A DNA stretch of 54,855 bases, from contig NC_068989.1 in NCBI RefSeq assembly GCF_001194135.2, forward strand, positions 51,372,600-51,427,454, given 5' to 3'. The position numbers and the translations under genes are program-made. Shown here one piece after another: positions 1-12,659 of the stretch. Source of the DNA: Octopus bimaculoides (Eukaryota). How positions within the stretch are numbered: position 1 is the first letter of the stretch; each line of letters begins with the position of its first letter. The notes under the pieces are model-generated. The model was not told the DNA's origin, did no database searches, and saw only the letters and a program-made list of their open reading frames with translations.

Positions 1-228
1 CTCTGTTAATACCTTATAATTTAACAAACTCAACGCTAAAATTTCCACTCATTTCTTTTATATTTTTCTAAATTTTCGTTGCGTCTTCTAATCTTATGAC
101 TAATCAAAATTATTGAAAAGGTTGCGAGATGCACCGAAGATTTTAGAAAAAAAAAACAGTGCAATTATTACCGGTGAGCATGTTATATTATGAGGCATTA
201 AAAAAAGAGAATGACTCATCCCAGACAC

Positions 229-268
229 AACACACACCCACACACACAGACACAGACACAGACACACA

Positions 269-335
<67 letters not shown>

Positions 336-337
336 CT

Positions 338-378
<41 letters not shown>

Positions 379-397
379 GGTGTGTGTGTGTGTGTGT
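229..397. repeat. Compound microsatellite (CA)n-(TA)n-(TG)n, self-complementary overall
   Basis: Read directly: CA run, then TA run, then TG run. Confidence 0.95.
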
Positions 398-419
398 TTA
401 GTTCTATATTTAAGAGATG

Positions 420-581
420 AAAAGTTATGTACATTATTTACGTTATTTAAATTCGATGGATATTTGTTCTCATCTTGTCTGTTGTTAACACAATGTTTCG
501 GCAGATATACCCTCCAGCCTTCTTCAGGTGTCTTGGGGAAATTTCGAACCTGGGTTGTCATTCCAAAGATTTTTTCCGATC

Positions 582-585
<4 letters not shown>
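420..585 (-). mobile_element. Fragment of a common interspersed repeat carrying a minimal hammerhead-like motif, abutting (ATT)n
   Basis: Minus strand reads ...ccaagacacCTGAAGAaggctggagggtatatctgccGAAAcattgtgttaacaacagacaagatgag...; recognised as a recurrent Octopus-type repeat from memory. Confidence 0.55.
487..532 (-). ncRNA. Minimal type I hammerhead ribozyme motif, probably inactivated
   Basis: Stem I gacac/gtgtt, core CUGAAGA (527-521), stem II ggc/gcc, GAAA (499-496). Stem III reads ACAU instead of palindromic ACGU. Confidence 0.55.
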
Positions 586-640
<55 letters not shown>

Positions 641-1322
641 GTTCAGTAGTTTTATTTTTATAACGTGCTTTCACTTCACTNNNNNNNNNNNNNNNNNNNN
701 NNNNNNNNNNNNNNNNNNNNNNNNNNNNNNNNNNNNNNNNNNNNNNNNNNNNNNNNNNNNNNNNNNNNNNNNNNNNNNNNNNNNNNNNNNNNNNNNNNNN
801 NNNNNNNNNNNNNNNNNNNNNNNNNNNNNNNNNNNNNNNNNNNNNNNNNNNNNNNNNNNNNNNNNNNNNNNNNNNNNNNNNNNNNNNNNNNNNNNNNNNN
901 NNNNNNNNNNNNNNNNNNNNNNNNNNNNNNNNNNNNNNNNNNNNNNNNNNNNNNNNNNNNNNNNNNNNNNNNNNNNNNNNNNNNNNNNNNNNNNNNNNNN
1001 NNNNNNNNNNNNNNNNNNNNNNNNNNNNNNNNNNNNNNNNNNNNNNNNNNNNNNNNNNNNNNNNNNNNNNNNNNNNNNNNNNNNNNNNNNNNNNNNNNNN
1101 NNNNNNNNNNNNNNNNNNNNNNNNNNNNNNNNNNNNNNNNNNNNNNNNNNNNNNNNNNNNNNNNNNNNNNNNNNNNNNNNNNNNNNNNNNNNNNNNNNNN
1201 NNNNNNNNNNNNNNNNNNNNNNNNNNNNNNNNNNNNNNNNNNNNNNNNNNNNNNNNNNNNNNNNNNNNNNNNNNNNNNNNNNNNNNNNNNNNNNNNNNNN
1301 NNNNNNNNNNNNNNNNNNNNNN

Positions 1323-1377
<55 letters not shown>
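583..1377. repeat. (ATT)n trinucleotide tracts on either side of an assembly gap
   Basis: ATT runs at about 583-640 and 1324-1377; N-gap 681-1323. Confidence 0.9.
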
Positions 1378-1378
<1 letters not shown>

Positions 1379-2083
1379 ACAGTAGTTCGACAGAACTTGC
1401 TGAACATTTCGTTTCAAGCGGCTGCAATTTTGAAGAAGACTTGAAAGTGCATATTCTCAGAAAATATTCTGTATCTGCTCCACTTTTGCTTATCAGAATG
1501 TATGAGGAGAAATAAGTTTCTGGGTTATTAACATCACGCCCTGGATGAATGAATAAGATGACAGGAGAATATCATCAAATTTATACAAAACTGTTTGATT
1601 AAATATTCTTCTTCCTCTCTTTTTCTTTCCTTTTATTCTGTCGTCTTCTTTTTTCTACTTTTTCCGTCTTTTTCTTTTCGCCTGTTATAAAATTGTAACT
1701 TAAAAGCTGATGATGTCATTCCATCAACATGTGGACGCTGTTTGCTCTCGTCCATACTTTACGTTTAAATTTCTGTAATTTTGAATTTTTATCACTTCTT
1801 AATTTGAACTTGACAAAGACAGACGTACTGTTGAAATATCGTTCAACTAATAGAATATCTTACAATCGAATCGCGCTCTTCGTCTTGACTGTTTACCTTT
1901 GTGAAGATTTACGTCAATCTTTTTTAAAGTATAAAAATCAAGTGGATTGAGATGATTGATTTTATGGTACACGGAATAAGAACTGGATTATAAAGAAATT
2001 CTGGAAGTCACCAAAGCAGCCGGGTATGTAAGGACAATCTTAATGTAAATTACAGCTTTTGCGTTTTGTTCCTTCTCACAGTT

Positions 2084-2856
2084 GGCTTGTCAGCCCTGTT
2101 AGTTTTGCAAGACGCAAGTGTTGAACCCAATCCTGGGCCAATAGATTTCGTACCAATAGATTTCGACATTTCTATCGGTGAAAAAACTCAATCGTTTGCG
2201 TGCTAAAATCAAGAGCCAGTTATCTTTTCTGGAAACATGCAAACAAGAGAAACTTATACCGGGCGGTCTTACATCAAATATACCAATAAGTATATCAAAG
2301 CCTGACAATTCATTGCTTTAAAAGTTTAAATTAATTGGTGAAAGTAATTCATTGAACATAATGGAAGCTATTATTGAATACTATCGTTCAAAATTAATTC
2401 TGCTTGGTGCAGACATTAAGAAGATTTCGAGTGGCCTTGAAAAGGTATGTTCTTCTAAAAATCGTTTGAACTTTTTGTGTAACCGTTTGATTAAAAAAAG
2501 GAAATTTCGGCCCTGAAGACAAAAAAGAAAAGAAGCTGAAAAAGCTGATTTCCCATTCCCTGCGCCAGTGGGCAAGGGAACATTTTGGTTGAGAAGATTT
2601 GCTTTGAAATATGAGAAGTCGGTTTTACTTTTAGGACAAATGGTATGTGATAAACTCATAGACGCTGGAAATGTTATGTGATGAACCCATTGACGTAGCG
2701 GAAAATTTTCCAGAAATTCCAATACAACCAACCATTTTTTATCAAACGGAATTTCTAACATACAATCCAGACAGCACGCTGTTTATTCATCACACCAGGA
2801 ACAATCATTTTGTTTTGGCAACACCTTTTTTCGGAGATGTTTATATTTTACAGTGA
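2084..2856 (+). pseudogene. Decayed ORF: 2A-like motif + Penelope-type N-terminal domain + Ulp1/C48-like cysteine protease fragment
   Basis: Frame from 2084: GLSALLVLQDASVEPNPGP. After a +1 shift near 2160: KKLNRLRAKIKSQLSFLETCKQEKLIPGGL...LLLGQMVCDKLIDAG (two internal stops). After another +1 shift near 2671: ...IQPTIFYQ...STLFIHHTRNNHFVLAT...DVYILQ*. Confidence 0.6.
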
Positions 2857-3411
2857 ATATCATTTATCTATGTGTACATGTTTTTATATGTATGTACATT
2901 GCACGTAGCATTTATATTTATATCTAACAATCTATAGAATCTTCAGTGTGGGAATATTCATGTTGGTGCAGAAATATACATACGCATGCACGTGTATATT
3001 TACATATGTGTAGATAAATGTGCGTATTATTAGGTATGGCGGAGAAAACACAATGAATAGAATGCATTATATTTCTGTACAGATATTCTTTATAATCAGG
3101 AGAAATATAAAAAAATTGTCTAAGTACTGTGAATTGTGTATTTAGGAAGAGAAGTGTCATTCACAGAATTCTTGAGTTTATGGCATTAAAGTAAAATTTT
3201 GTTGTATACATAAAGATTGTATATATGTATAGACGTACACGGATTAGCTAATTAAGATTTTATTCAACATATTTACCTCTCAGATCCACACACAATTTGC
3301 AGCGGTCATTCAAATTTTCTAAGTACTGTAGAAGAACTCGAAGGTTTGGGCCTCCAACCAGGTCTTTCACAATAAACTTGAAACCAGAAATTTTCAACAC
3401 TTTCTCGTACC

Positions 3412-3457
<46 letters not shown>

Positions 3458-4869
3458 NNNNNNNNNNGGTCCCATGCGGGTCGGCTATTATGCATCTGGT
3501 TGTGGTGCATACGTCGGTACACATGTGTCTCTTGAGGGGCGTCTTTAAGAGGATACTCGCTCAACAGAGTCGGTTTCGCTTGTTTCAATTATACAGCATG
3601 ATGTAATTGCAAGTAGGTTGTTGGATACAATGAAAATGGAGGGATATAGTTTCATGGTTATAAGCAGTTAATGGGTCTACCTACATATGGTTAACAGTGA
3701 ATAAATGACATTATAAACCTGTCAAGTTCCTTGATAATAAGCAATGCTTTAACCCTTTCAATCAGAGAGTATTTATTAGACGTGGCGACTTCGATGGGCT
3801 CAGACATGGCTGGCGACATGCGTCTGAGTGAGTTTACGGTTCTCTAATTGGCAGAAATATTGTTAATTACGTGAGCGCTCCATTTTGTCTTCTTGGGGTT
3901 TAGTCAAACGAAATTCCACCCGCTGAAACATATTCGCGGTCTCAAAGTCATAAATTAATTGTATAAAATACTATTCTCAATACTATTATAATATGAAATA
4001 AGCCTGTGTGTAATAACTTAACTAACAACCCACTGTTACGGTTTATTAAATCGATTCTACGGCTGAAATTGATGTTGCAGTGTCGTAGCAAATATGGAAA
4101 TCGTATTTATATGGCTTTAATCAAAGTAGAACTTTTAACGACCAAACAAATATATTTCTTGCTTTCATCTGGCCACAAATTGCAATTATTTTAGGAATGG
4201 TGTATTTGCTTGATTGAATTATCGACATATTCTCTGTAGAGTAGAATATAAATTATGATACGCACCAAAACCTGATAAATCCAAATATTTCGTAGTTGGG
4301 TTTCAACTCAAAATACTGTAGTTCAGAATATTTAAATCGCAATCGTGTGGTTTTATGATTCGGCCAATAATATAAAGCGGCAATGATATATATTGCGTTA
4401 GAGCTAAAGAAAGTTGCTAAATATCCTCAACTGAGGTGCTAGAAGTACATAACATAACCTTCAAGCTACACATCATGTTTTATAAAACGATGTAGTGCAT
4501 TAGATAATATCGCGAAGCTATTCCTAAAAGTATGATTGAATGATCTTCGACAAATGCAAGAATATCATATTGGCTTACGTCTATTACTGTTGGTGCTCCC
4601 AACCGTTGTTGATTAAATTAATACTGAGGGAAAGAGTATAACTGTTGATTTGTAATTTGTTACAACCTTCTGGAACAGTGACATTTGACCAAAAATAAAA
4701 TGTTAGGACTCAAATTTTACACCACACAGACTCCGAAAGAAATGACAATAAAACCATTCTGCCTTATCTTACCTTCATAAGGTATATCAACACAAATAAT
4801 GTACAAAATGGCGCATCATACACGAAAACTATTTTAAGTAGCCAATACGAAGTAACATTAATGTGATGT

Positions 4870-5045
4870 GTTAGCTTAAAGGAATTTCGTCCGTCTTTAC
4901 GTTCTGAGTTCAAATTTCGCTGGGTTCGACTTGTCTTCCATCCTTTGAGGGTCAATAAAGGGAGGACCATTTCAGCATTGGGGTCGATGTAATCGACTTA
5001 CCTCATTCTGCGGAAGTGCTGGCATTGTGCCAAAATTTGAAGCCA
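4870..5045 (+). mobile_element. tRNA-derived SINE (Octopus-type family 1), degenerate
   Basis: Hallmark body ttctgagttcaaattt...tcgacttgtcttccatcctttgagggtcaataaa...ggggtcgatgtaatcgactt...gtgccaaaatttgaa, shared with other copies in the window. Confidence 0.85.
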
Positions 5046-5841
5046 GTATGTTGTAACTTGACCATCTACACATTACAGTAAAATTTCTTTCTGAAATCAG
5101 ACACAAAATTCTTAAAAATATATTCAGAATATTTTTTAATGATCGATAGTTCTCATTGAACTATCTCTTTGTTCGCCGTTGTAAATGATGATGGCATCGA
5201 TCGGTTTATTTGTGCATGTCACCAATTCAGCAAAAGCAAATGAATTCTCCAAATAAAGGCTTTGCTCTATGGCAAAGACCAAGAAACAGAGAATTGTCAA
5301 AATTGAAAGAATTATTTTAACTTTTTGGAATATACTGTAGGTCTTAATTTGTTGTATATCAAAAAGTTGACAATTTCGTAACCATATCTCTGATATGTAT
5401 GAGGTATAAATATCTCTCCTCTGACGTGTCACAATAAGCCGACTTGTGTTTTGTCGGGGATGGTGCAATGGTCATTAATTGGACAACAGGCGTCCATCAA
5501 AACGGTTAAATTCTGCTTTAGGTCCTATTCAATGCTTATTTTGAACATGTAGTGTCTACAAAAATATCGTGGCAGAGGAGTAGTTGACCTATTGTGTTTG
5601 GGTCTCACCGATGTTGCAGAGCGGAGAGATTTCTCGTAAATGTAAGAAACATAGAAATAATGTTAGATGGTATTATGTGATTTATTGAGAAATCCACTGG
5701 CAGAAAGTATGTAATGCGTCCCTTGATAGGACAAATGACTGTTTATACGCCAGCATCTATATATCAACCGAACGTCAATCCCACGCCAAATTGACTTGAA
5801 TTATTATGACAATCTCAAAGATGCAACACAATGCATAGAAC

Positions 5842-5842
<1 letters not shown>

Positions 5843-5916
<74 letters not shown>
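5843..5916. repeat. (CTAT)n tetranucleotide microsatellite
   Basis: Read directly. Confidence 0.95.
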
Positions 5917-5933
5917 CAGTCTCTCTTTCTTTC

Positions 5934-6562
5934 ATGGACAAAAAACAAATTCACACAATTGTCTTATTGCAGTTCAAGCTACGCCGAAACGCTGCTGAAA
6001 CATCTCGCAATACCAGCGATGCGTTTGGACCAGGAACCACTAATAAACGTAAAGCCCAATTGTGGTTCAAGAAATTGCGTAGCAGTGACGAGAGTCTTGA
6101 AGATGATAATATCGGCTATCGGATGTTGACAAAGATCAACTAAAAGCCTTAGTGGAAGCCAATCCACGCACAAGTGTCCGAAAGCTTGCTTCTGAATTAG
6201 ACGTAACGTATACGGCAATTTCCAACCACTTGAAAGAGATTGGAAAAACAAAAATACTTGAGAAATGGGTGCCGCACCAATTGAACGACAACCCCACTAC
6301 CAATAAAAAAAAACGCCGTTTTGTAGTGCCGTCTTTCATTCTTTTACGCAACAAGAACGGCCTATTTCTCGACCAGATTGTGATATTTAATAAAAACCGG
6401 ATTCCTTACCACAACCTGCGACGCTCAGCTCAGTGGTTGAACGTCGACGAAGCACCACTACACTTCTTGAAGCCAAATTTGTACCAAAAGAAGGTCATGA
6501 TGTTTGGTGGTCTGTGGCTGGTCTTATTCATCACATCTTTTTGGATCCAGGTGAAACCATTA
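5934..6562 (+). mobile_element. Mariner (Mos1/SETMAR-like DD34D) transposase relic, frameshifted, truncated by a gap
   Basis: MDKKQIHTIVLLQFKLRRNAAETSRN (HTH), EANPRTSVRKLASEL, KWVPHQL (WVPHEL motif), WWSVAGLIHHIFLDPGETI. Confidence 0.92.
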
Positions 6563-6857
6563 NNNNNNNNNNNNNNNNNNNNNNNNNNNNNNNNNNNNNN
6601 NNNNNNNNNNNNNNNNNNNNNNNNNNNNNNNNNNNNNNNNNNNNNNNNNNNNNNNNNNNNNNNNNNNNNNNNNNNNNNNNNNNNNNNNNNNNNNNNNNNN
6701 NNNNNNNNNNNNNNNNNNNNNNNNNNNNNNNNNNNNNNNNNNNNNNNNNNNNNNNNNNNNNNNNNNNNNNNNNNNNNNNNNNNNNNNNNNNNNNNNNNNN
6801 NNNNNNNNNNNNNNNNNNNNNNNNNNNNNNNNNNNNNNNNNNNNNNNATATATATAC

Positions 6858-6901
<44 letters not shown>

Positions 6902-6908
6902 TATGATA

Positions 6909-7772
6909 GGTAAAAGTCACCATTTTGTACTTTTTATTTGTGCATTGTTTTTTTTGGGGGGAGGGGGATTTTGTTGACTACATAGCATAGTAGGTTTAGT
7001 TAACCACCGTCTGTGAGAAAAACAGCACCATGATGAAAATTACCCTGCCAGAAATTTGGAAACGACATGCTGTACTGCTTGGCATTCGCACTTAAAGCTC
7101 CAATAGCAACATTCAGAGTGTTTAGGAGTCAATGTTAGGACAGTGCAATCTCGGGACATTTATCGAGAGAAATGAAAATCAAACATCCAGTTAACATCAT
7201 GGTGTTTGGAGTTATCACTAGTGATGGCGAAGTTATGCCTCCATTCATCTTCCCACACGGCCTCACACTCAGCACAGAGGTCTACATCAAATGCCTGCAG
7301 GAGGTAGTGTTCCGGTCAAGAGGGTGGCTGATGCAAGACACTGTTTGGAAACCAGACTCTGCACCATGCTACACAAACAAGAGAACCCAGTCATAGCTGT
7401 CAGACAATTTCTGCGACTACATTTGTGGCCACCTAACACCCCAGGATGAAGCCCCACTTTATAATTATGTGTGGGGAGCAGTTGAGTGAGAGACCAACAA
7501 AATTCCTTTTAGCACCAAAGATGAGCTGAATGCAACGATTATGGCAGCATTCACCAACTTAAACAAGGTTGCCGTCCAAAAGAGTTGCAGGGCAATCTGA
7601 AGTATTCTGGAGGCCGTACTTAAAGCCAATGGCGATTTTATGGAATAAACTTACTCTTTAGTATTTGAAGATATTTTTATGTAATTTTGCTACAAATATG
7701 TATTAAAATGAGTAGTCAGTATTATTGTCATTTTTGCATAATTTAGATGATAGTTAATTTACCGCACCCGTA
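6909..7772 (+). mobile_element. Internally deleted Tc1/mariner element of maT (DD37D)-like type
   Basis: KHPVNIMVFGVITSDGEVMPPFIFPHGL, DSAPCYT, YVWGAVE, AVLKANGDFME; 3' terminus ttaatttaccgcacccgta. Confidence 0.8.
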
Positions 7773-7816
7773 TACATGCATATACATATATATACACACA
7801 CACATACATACATATA

Positions 7817-7848
<32 letters not shown>

Positions 7849-9011
7849 ATATATAAATGTATATCCGCACAAATATATTTATATAATTGCGTATTTACAT
7901 ACGCATATATGTGTGTGTCTGTTAGAGTGATTATTAGAGTGTTGACGGAATAATATTCAGCTGCGTGCCAACGGTATTACATAGACGATGTAATAAATGG
8001 GGAGTAAGTTAACAAAATAATACCTTGGGGATAATGTATTTATTGCCAATTTCGGATTAAGTTTGGTCAATAATTCATCTAGCCACCCACACAGACGCAC
8101 GTACTCATATAAGACGTAACATACCATAGTACCCATATGGTTAATTATATTAAATTTTGAACTAATTACATTTCAGTAATATTTGTGTTAGATTAATATT
8201 TAGTTTCCGAACATCTACGCTTTTGATAAATTATGTAATAATATTTCACGAGTAATCATGATTGCAGCCTTTATAAATTATATACCATAGGAAAGTAAAC
8301 GCAGAAGATAATTATACCTTAATTAACTGACACCCCCTTAAGAGTTTTCTCTTCTTTATCATGTTTCTTAGAAACTCAATATAGAGTAGAATAATATTTC
8401 ATCTGTTGTAAAATTATATACATGCGTAATTCTGATTGGATTTGAATTATTTAATTAATTTCTTGATTAAGTAATTAATAATTGAATAATAATAACTGCT
8501 GTCGTTTATAATAAATACTTGTGATATACCCATGCATGTGTAAGATTTGTTTAAACAAATGTGTACAATCATTTTCAACTTGGCACCTAAGTGTTTTACT
8601 TATTAACATGGTAATTCATCTACATACTTGCGTATACGTATGCAGACAAACATACATCTCTGCATATACACACACACATACACACAGACACATACACACA
8701 CGCACGCACGCACACACACACACACACGCACATACACATATATGTATATTTGTATATACATGGCAAGTTGATTTTATTACTTTCGATTTAAATGAGTCAG
8801 TTCTGTCAACTGTTTTGTTTTCTGCTTCTCCTCGAAAATTTTCTGCCAAATATACTGGCGACCGCCAACAATCTTCCACTGACCATAACGAGGTAGTAAG
8901 ATTTCTTTACCTATTTATCCCTGAGTACTAGATGTCGATATTGTTCAGTTTTGTAGTACGAGCCAACAAGGGCCTAAGTTTGATGACAAAAAAAATAGAT
9001 GATCTAGTTCG

Positions 9012-9225
9012 CTAATCCTTTCTACTATAGGCACGAGGCCTGAAATTTGAGGGAAGGAGACAAGTCGATTACACCGGCGCCAGTGCGTAACTGGTACTTA
9101 ATTTATTGACCTCCGAAGGATGAAAGGCAAAGTCGACCCCGGTGGCCTTTGAATTCAGAACGTGAACACAGACAAAATACCGCTAAGCGTTACACCTGAC
9201 GTGCTAACGAAAATGCCAGCTGGCC
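9012..9225 (-). mobile_element. tRNA-derived SINE family 1
   Basis: Plus strand shows ctaatcctttctactataggcacgaggcctgaaattt...ggatgaaaggcaaagtcgacc...gtgctaacg, the reverse complement of the family-1 body. Confidence 0.9.
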
Positions 9226-9862
9226 CCCTTTGTTCCCTAGTAAAGCGACTCTAACCAGATTTCTCCATATGTTTTCCTTTGGCAGTTGGTTTGTTGCAGC
9301 ACGGAGGAAGATATCGCGTTTGTTCCCTATGTTTTCAAGCGATCGATTGATACGGTTGGACCAAATATATGGCTGAAATAACTATAAACTATTAATAAAT
9401 AAATGTATGTAAACCATTATTTCTGTCTATTTTCAGTATCAACGTAAAAACATATCTTCTTAAATGTTAACGGAATAATGGGTTTACAATCTTGTTTGGT
9501 GATGGACTTTGATTTCGGATTACATGGAGTAAACTTCCGATCGCAGAACTTCTTTTTTAACCTGGTGTATTGTTATATACAGAGAGCTTAAGAAGCATTC
9601 TTCCTGCGATACTAATCCCTTATTAATCCCTCCATCATTCGATACATACTTATACATACATATATAAATGCACACACACACACCCACTCACACACACACT
9701 CACACGCACGTGCGTGCAAATACACATACTCACACACACACGCACACGCACACGCACACACACACACGCATAAATGTCTATTTATACGGTCATATATATA
9801 TTTATGTTGCAATTAGTTCCGAGCACATTTGTCTGCTACTTAAAACGGGTATAAATTCTTGT

Positions 9863-12169
9863 TACTGACAACAAATATTTTGCTACTGGGGTTAAAGCAG
9901 GTGTTTTAGACGAAATCGAGAATGCTGATTCCGAATCCGCTTGAATTGTTCTAGCAGGTGAGGATTTTGAATTATGCGCATGCGCAAGATGATAATTATT
10001 ATTTCGGCTAGACATAGGCCGTATTATAAAATTTGCTAAAAAGAAAGCGTTCTTAATTCAAAATTAAAGAAATATCAGCAATAAAACAAACGATGTGAAA
10101 GTTCATGATTAACTTTAGATGGCGCTGACGTATTGTGTACAATATCAAATAGGTCAGTTTGTTCTTCTGTCAATCTCAGTGTCGTTTGCGCTGCCGTCAG
10201 GTATGGTATGTGTATCCCTCGCTCTGTGTGATTACTATTTTAAGTGTGTCCATTGTGTTAGATCATGAATAGGAGATGCTGTGTGAACCACCCAGACAAC
10301 TTGTTTTATGACTGTGGAAAATTTTCCCCGTGTGACCAGCGGAGGAACATGGTCACCAAATTAATAATTGGCTATAAATATTATTTCGGGTGTAAAATTA
10401 GGGACCAAGACAAGAAGTGGGCATCTCATTATGCTGCACCGTGTGTTAAACTCAGGGCTGCACCGTGGCTGAATGGAATTCGGAAGGTAATACCTTTTGC
10501 TGTAACAATGGTATGGTGTGAGCTAACCAATCATGTCTCTAATTTTTACTTTTGCATGACTAATATTAGTGGTTTCTCAAAGAAGACAAAAGCAAAAATT
10601 GTGCATGCAGATGGTAAGACGGCTCTAAAACCGGTCCCACATGACTTCGTGAATCCTGTCCCAATTTTCCTCCCACATGCTTCACTTGAAATTCGTCACA
10701 CGTCGCACTCTCCTATCCACGAATAGTACGAAGGTGATTCTAAGAAAAGTGAGCCAGGTGAGTTTAATCAAGAAGATTTGAACGATATAGTAAGAGACCT
10801 AGCATTGTCAAAGGAGATGGCAGAAGTTTGGGGATCCAAACTATAACAATGGAATCTCCTACAGCAAGGTACTAAAATTTCCATTTTCTGTTCTCAACAT
10901 AAAGGCTTATCTTTCTTTCTCAAACAAAGAAATATTGCTTGTTCCTGTACTGACGTTAATGCAATCATGCAAAACTAGGACACCTGCATGTGGCTAACGA
11001 ATGGAGATTGATTATAGGCTCGAGTGAGGTTAGCCTCAAAGCTGTGTTGTCGCATAATGGTAAGAAAAAGTTTAGTTTCCTGTGGTTCATGTTGTCGGTA
11101 TGCAAGATGATTCAATGAAACTATTTCGGAAAGGAGTTAATTACTCAGTTCACAAATGGAATATTTGTGGTGATATAAAGGTGATTTACCAACTCTTAGG
11201 ACTGCAGCTGGGATATGTGCTTCTTGTGTGTTTGGAACTGCCGCGACGACAGCAATCATTACACTGTAAAAGACTAGCCTAAAAGAGATGAGCGCATAGC
11301 CACTGGTTGACCCATAAATGATTTTCCTTCCACTACTTCACACAAACTCGGCCTCGTAAAAAACTTCGTAAATGCAATGACACACGATGGTTGTGGCTTC
11401 CAGCAACTGAATGTAAAATTTGGTGCAGAAAAAGTTATTTTAATTATACGTGAAAACAGAGAATTGATGTTTGATAGCAAATTCAGAGGTAAACTGAATC
11501 TAGTTGAGCTGACGGAATGGGATTCATCTGAGTTAGTTGTATGATTTCTTTGAAATCATAGAGTTGAAGACTATGCTGATTTAATGCATAGCATGCTAAC
11601 AGTGTATGAAATAATGGGATGCCGAATATCCCTTATATGCACTTCTTGCATTCTCAACTCAATTTGTTCCAACGAATCTTGTTGCCCTTAGTGATGAGCT
11701 TGGCAAGAGGTTCCGCCAGGACATATCTGAGATGGAAACGCAGTATTAAGGCCAGTTCAATCCACACATGATGGGTGACTACTGTTCGTTCCTACAACGT
11801 GAAACCAGCACGATCTATAACCGTAAGAGCAAGTGTCTCAAACATTTCTGAACTGAGCATATAAAAATAAAGTGAGCATTCCCTTAGCATAGATATACTA
11901 TGTACCATTATAGTATAATATTATTCGCCTTCAACATAAATTTACTATATACATTACTAATATACTATTATAATAATTATTTAACTTGAACTTAACTATT
12001 CGTGATTCTAATAGAGTATTAATACATAATTATGCGCATAACTCAAAATCCTGACGTGCTACAGCAATTCGAAGTTCAGATTAAGAATCAGAATCAGCGT
12101 GTTCGATTTAATTTAGTACAGCACCATTTGTCTGTGTAGCAGATAATAAATCATTTTTGTTGCCCAGTG
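9863..12169 (+). mobile_element. Near full-length Chapaev3-type (CMC superfamily) DNA transposon, transposase decayed
   Basis: Imperfect TIRs of about 120-140 bp (9863-9982 and 12030-12169, ending cccagtg). Transposase relic 10265-11830: RRCCVNHPDNLFYDCG, YFGCKIRDQDKKWA, WNICGDIKV, HKLGLVKNFV, DELGKRFRQDI. The superfamily name is from memory of these motifs. Confidence 0.75.
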
Positions 12170-12274
12170 TTTTTAAGGTTTACAATCCATTTGGCTAAAA
12201 TACACTAATGTTTTTTTCCCCCTTTCTCATATATTTCGTGCTCATAACACTTTCAAATTTTGGAAATGGCCAAA

Positions 12275-12468
12275 AAATTCTGGGGAGGGAGTTAGTTTTG
12301 GGGGTGAGAGTTAGTCAACTGCATCAACCTCAGTGTTCAACTGGTACTTATTTTATCGATGCCTGAAAGATGAAAGGCAAAATTAACTTTGATTGTATTG
12401 TACCCCAGAACATAAAGGTGGACGTTATTTTGCCCTGCGTTCTGTCGATTCTGCGACCTCACCGCCTT
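12275..12468 (-). mobile_element. tRNA-derived SINE family 1, degenerate
   Basis: caactggtacttattttatcgatgcctgaaagatgaaaggcaaa matches the other family-1 copies. Confidence 0.75.
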
Positions 12469-12659
12469 ATTTAGTGTCTATTATTATGAAACATGTTTAA
12501 CTTACCCCAAATAATCCTCAGGTAATATATTTTCTATGAAGTAATGAGCGAGAAATTGTTTTCATATGTTCATACACTTGGTATAATTATTTATTCATCC
12601 ACACACCTGCAAATTGTAAAACAATGTTTTTAAAAGATATGATAACACGTATAACTCAA

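Noticed and set aside
100-649. HT/YI/CV/SL/RE-repeat ORFs here and at about 8.6, 9.6, 29, 40.5, 46, 52.9 and 54.6 kb
   Set aside because: These are translations of dinucleotide microsatellites.
1700-1745. CTGATGA upstream of the 2A/PLE-N ORF
   Set aside because: A 3-bp stem II is possible, but no GAAA follows.
3780-3835. CpG-rich patch with a ctcagac/gtctgag hairpin
   Set aside because: The stem is only 7 bp with an irregular interior, within chance expectation; no RNA family was recognised.
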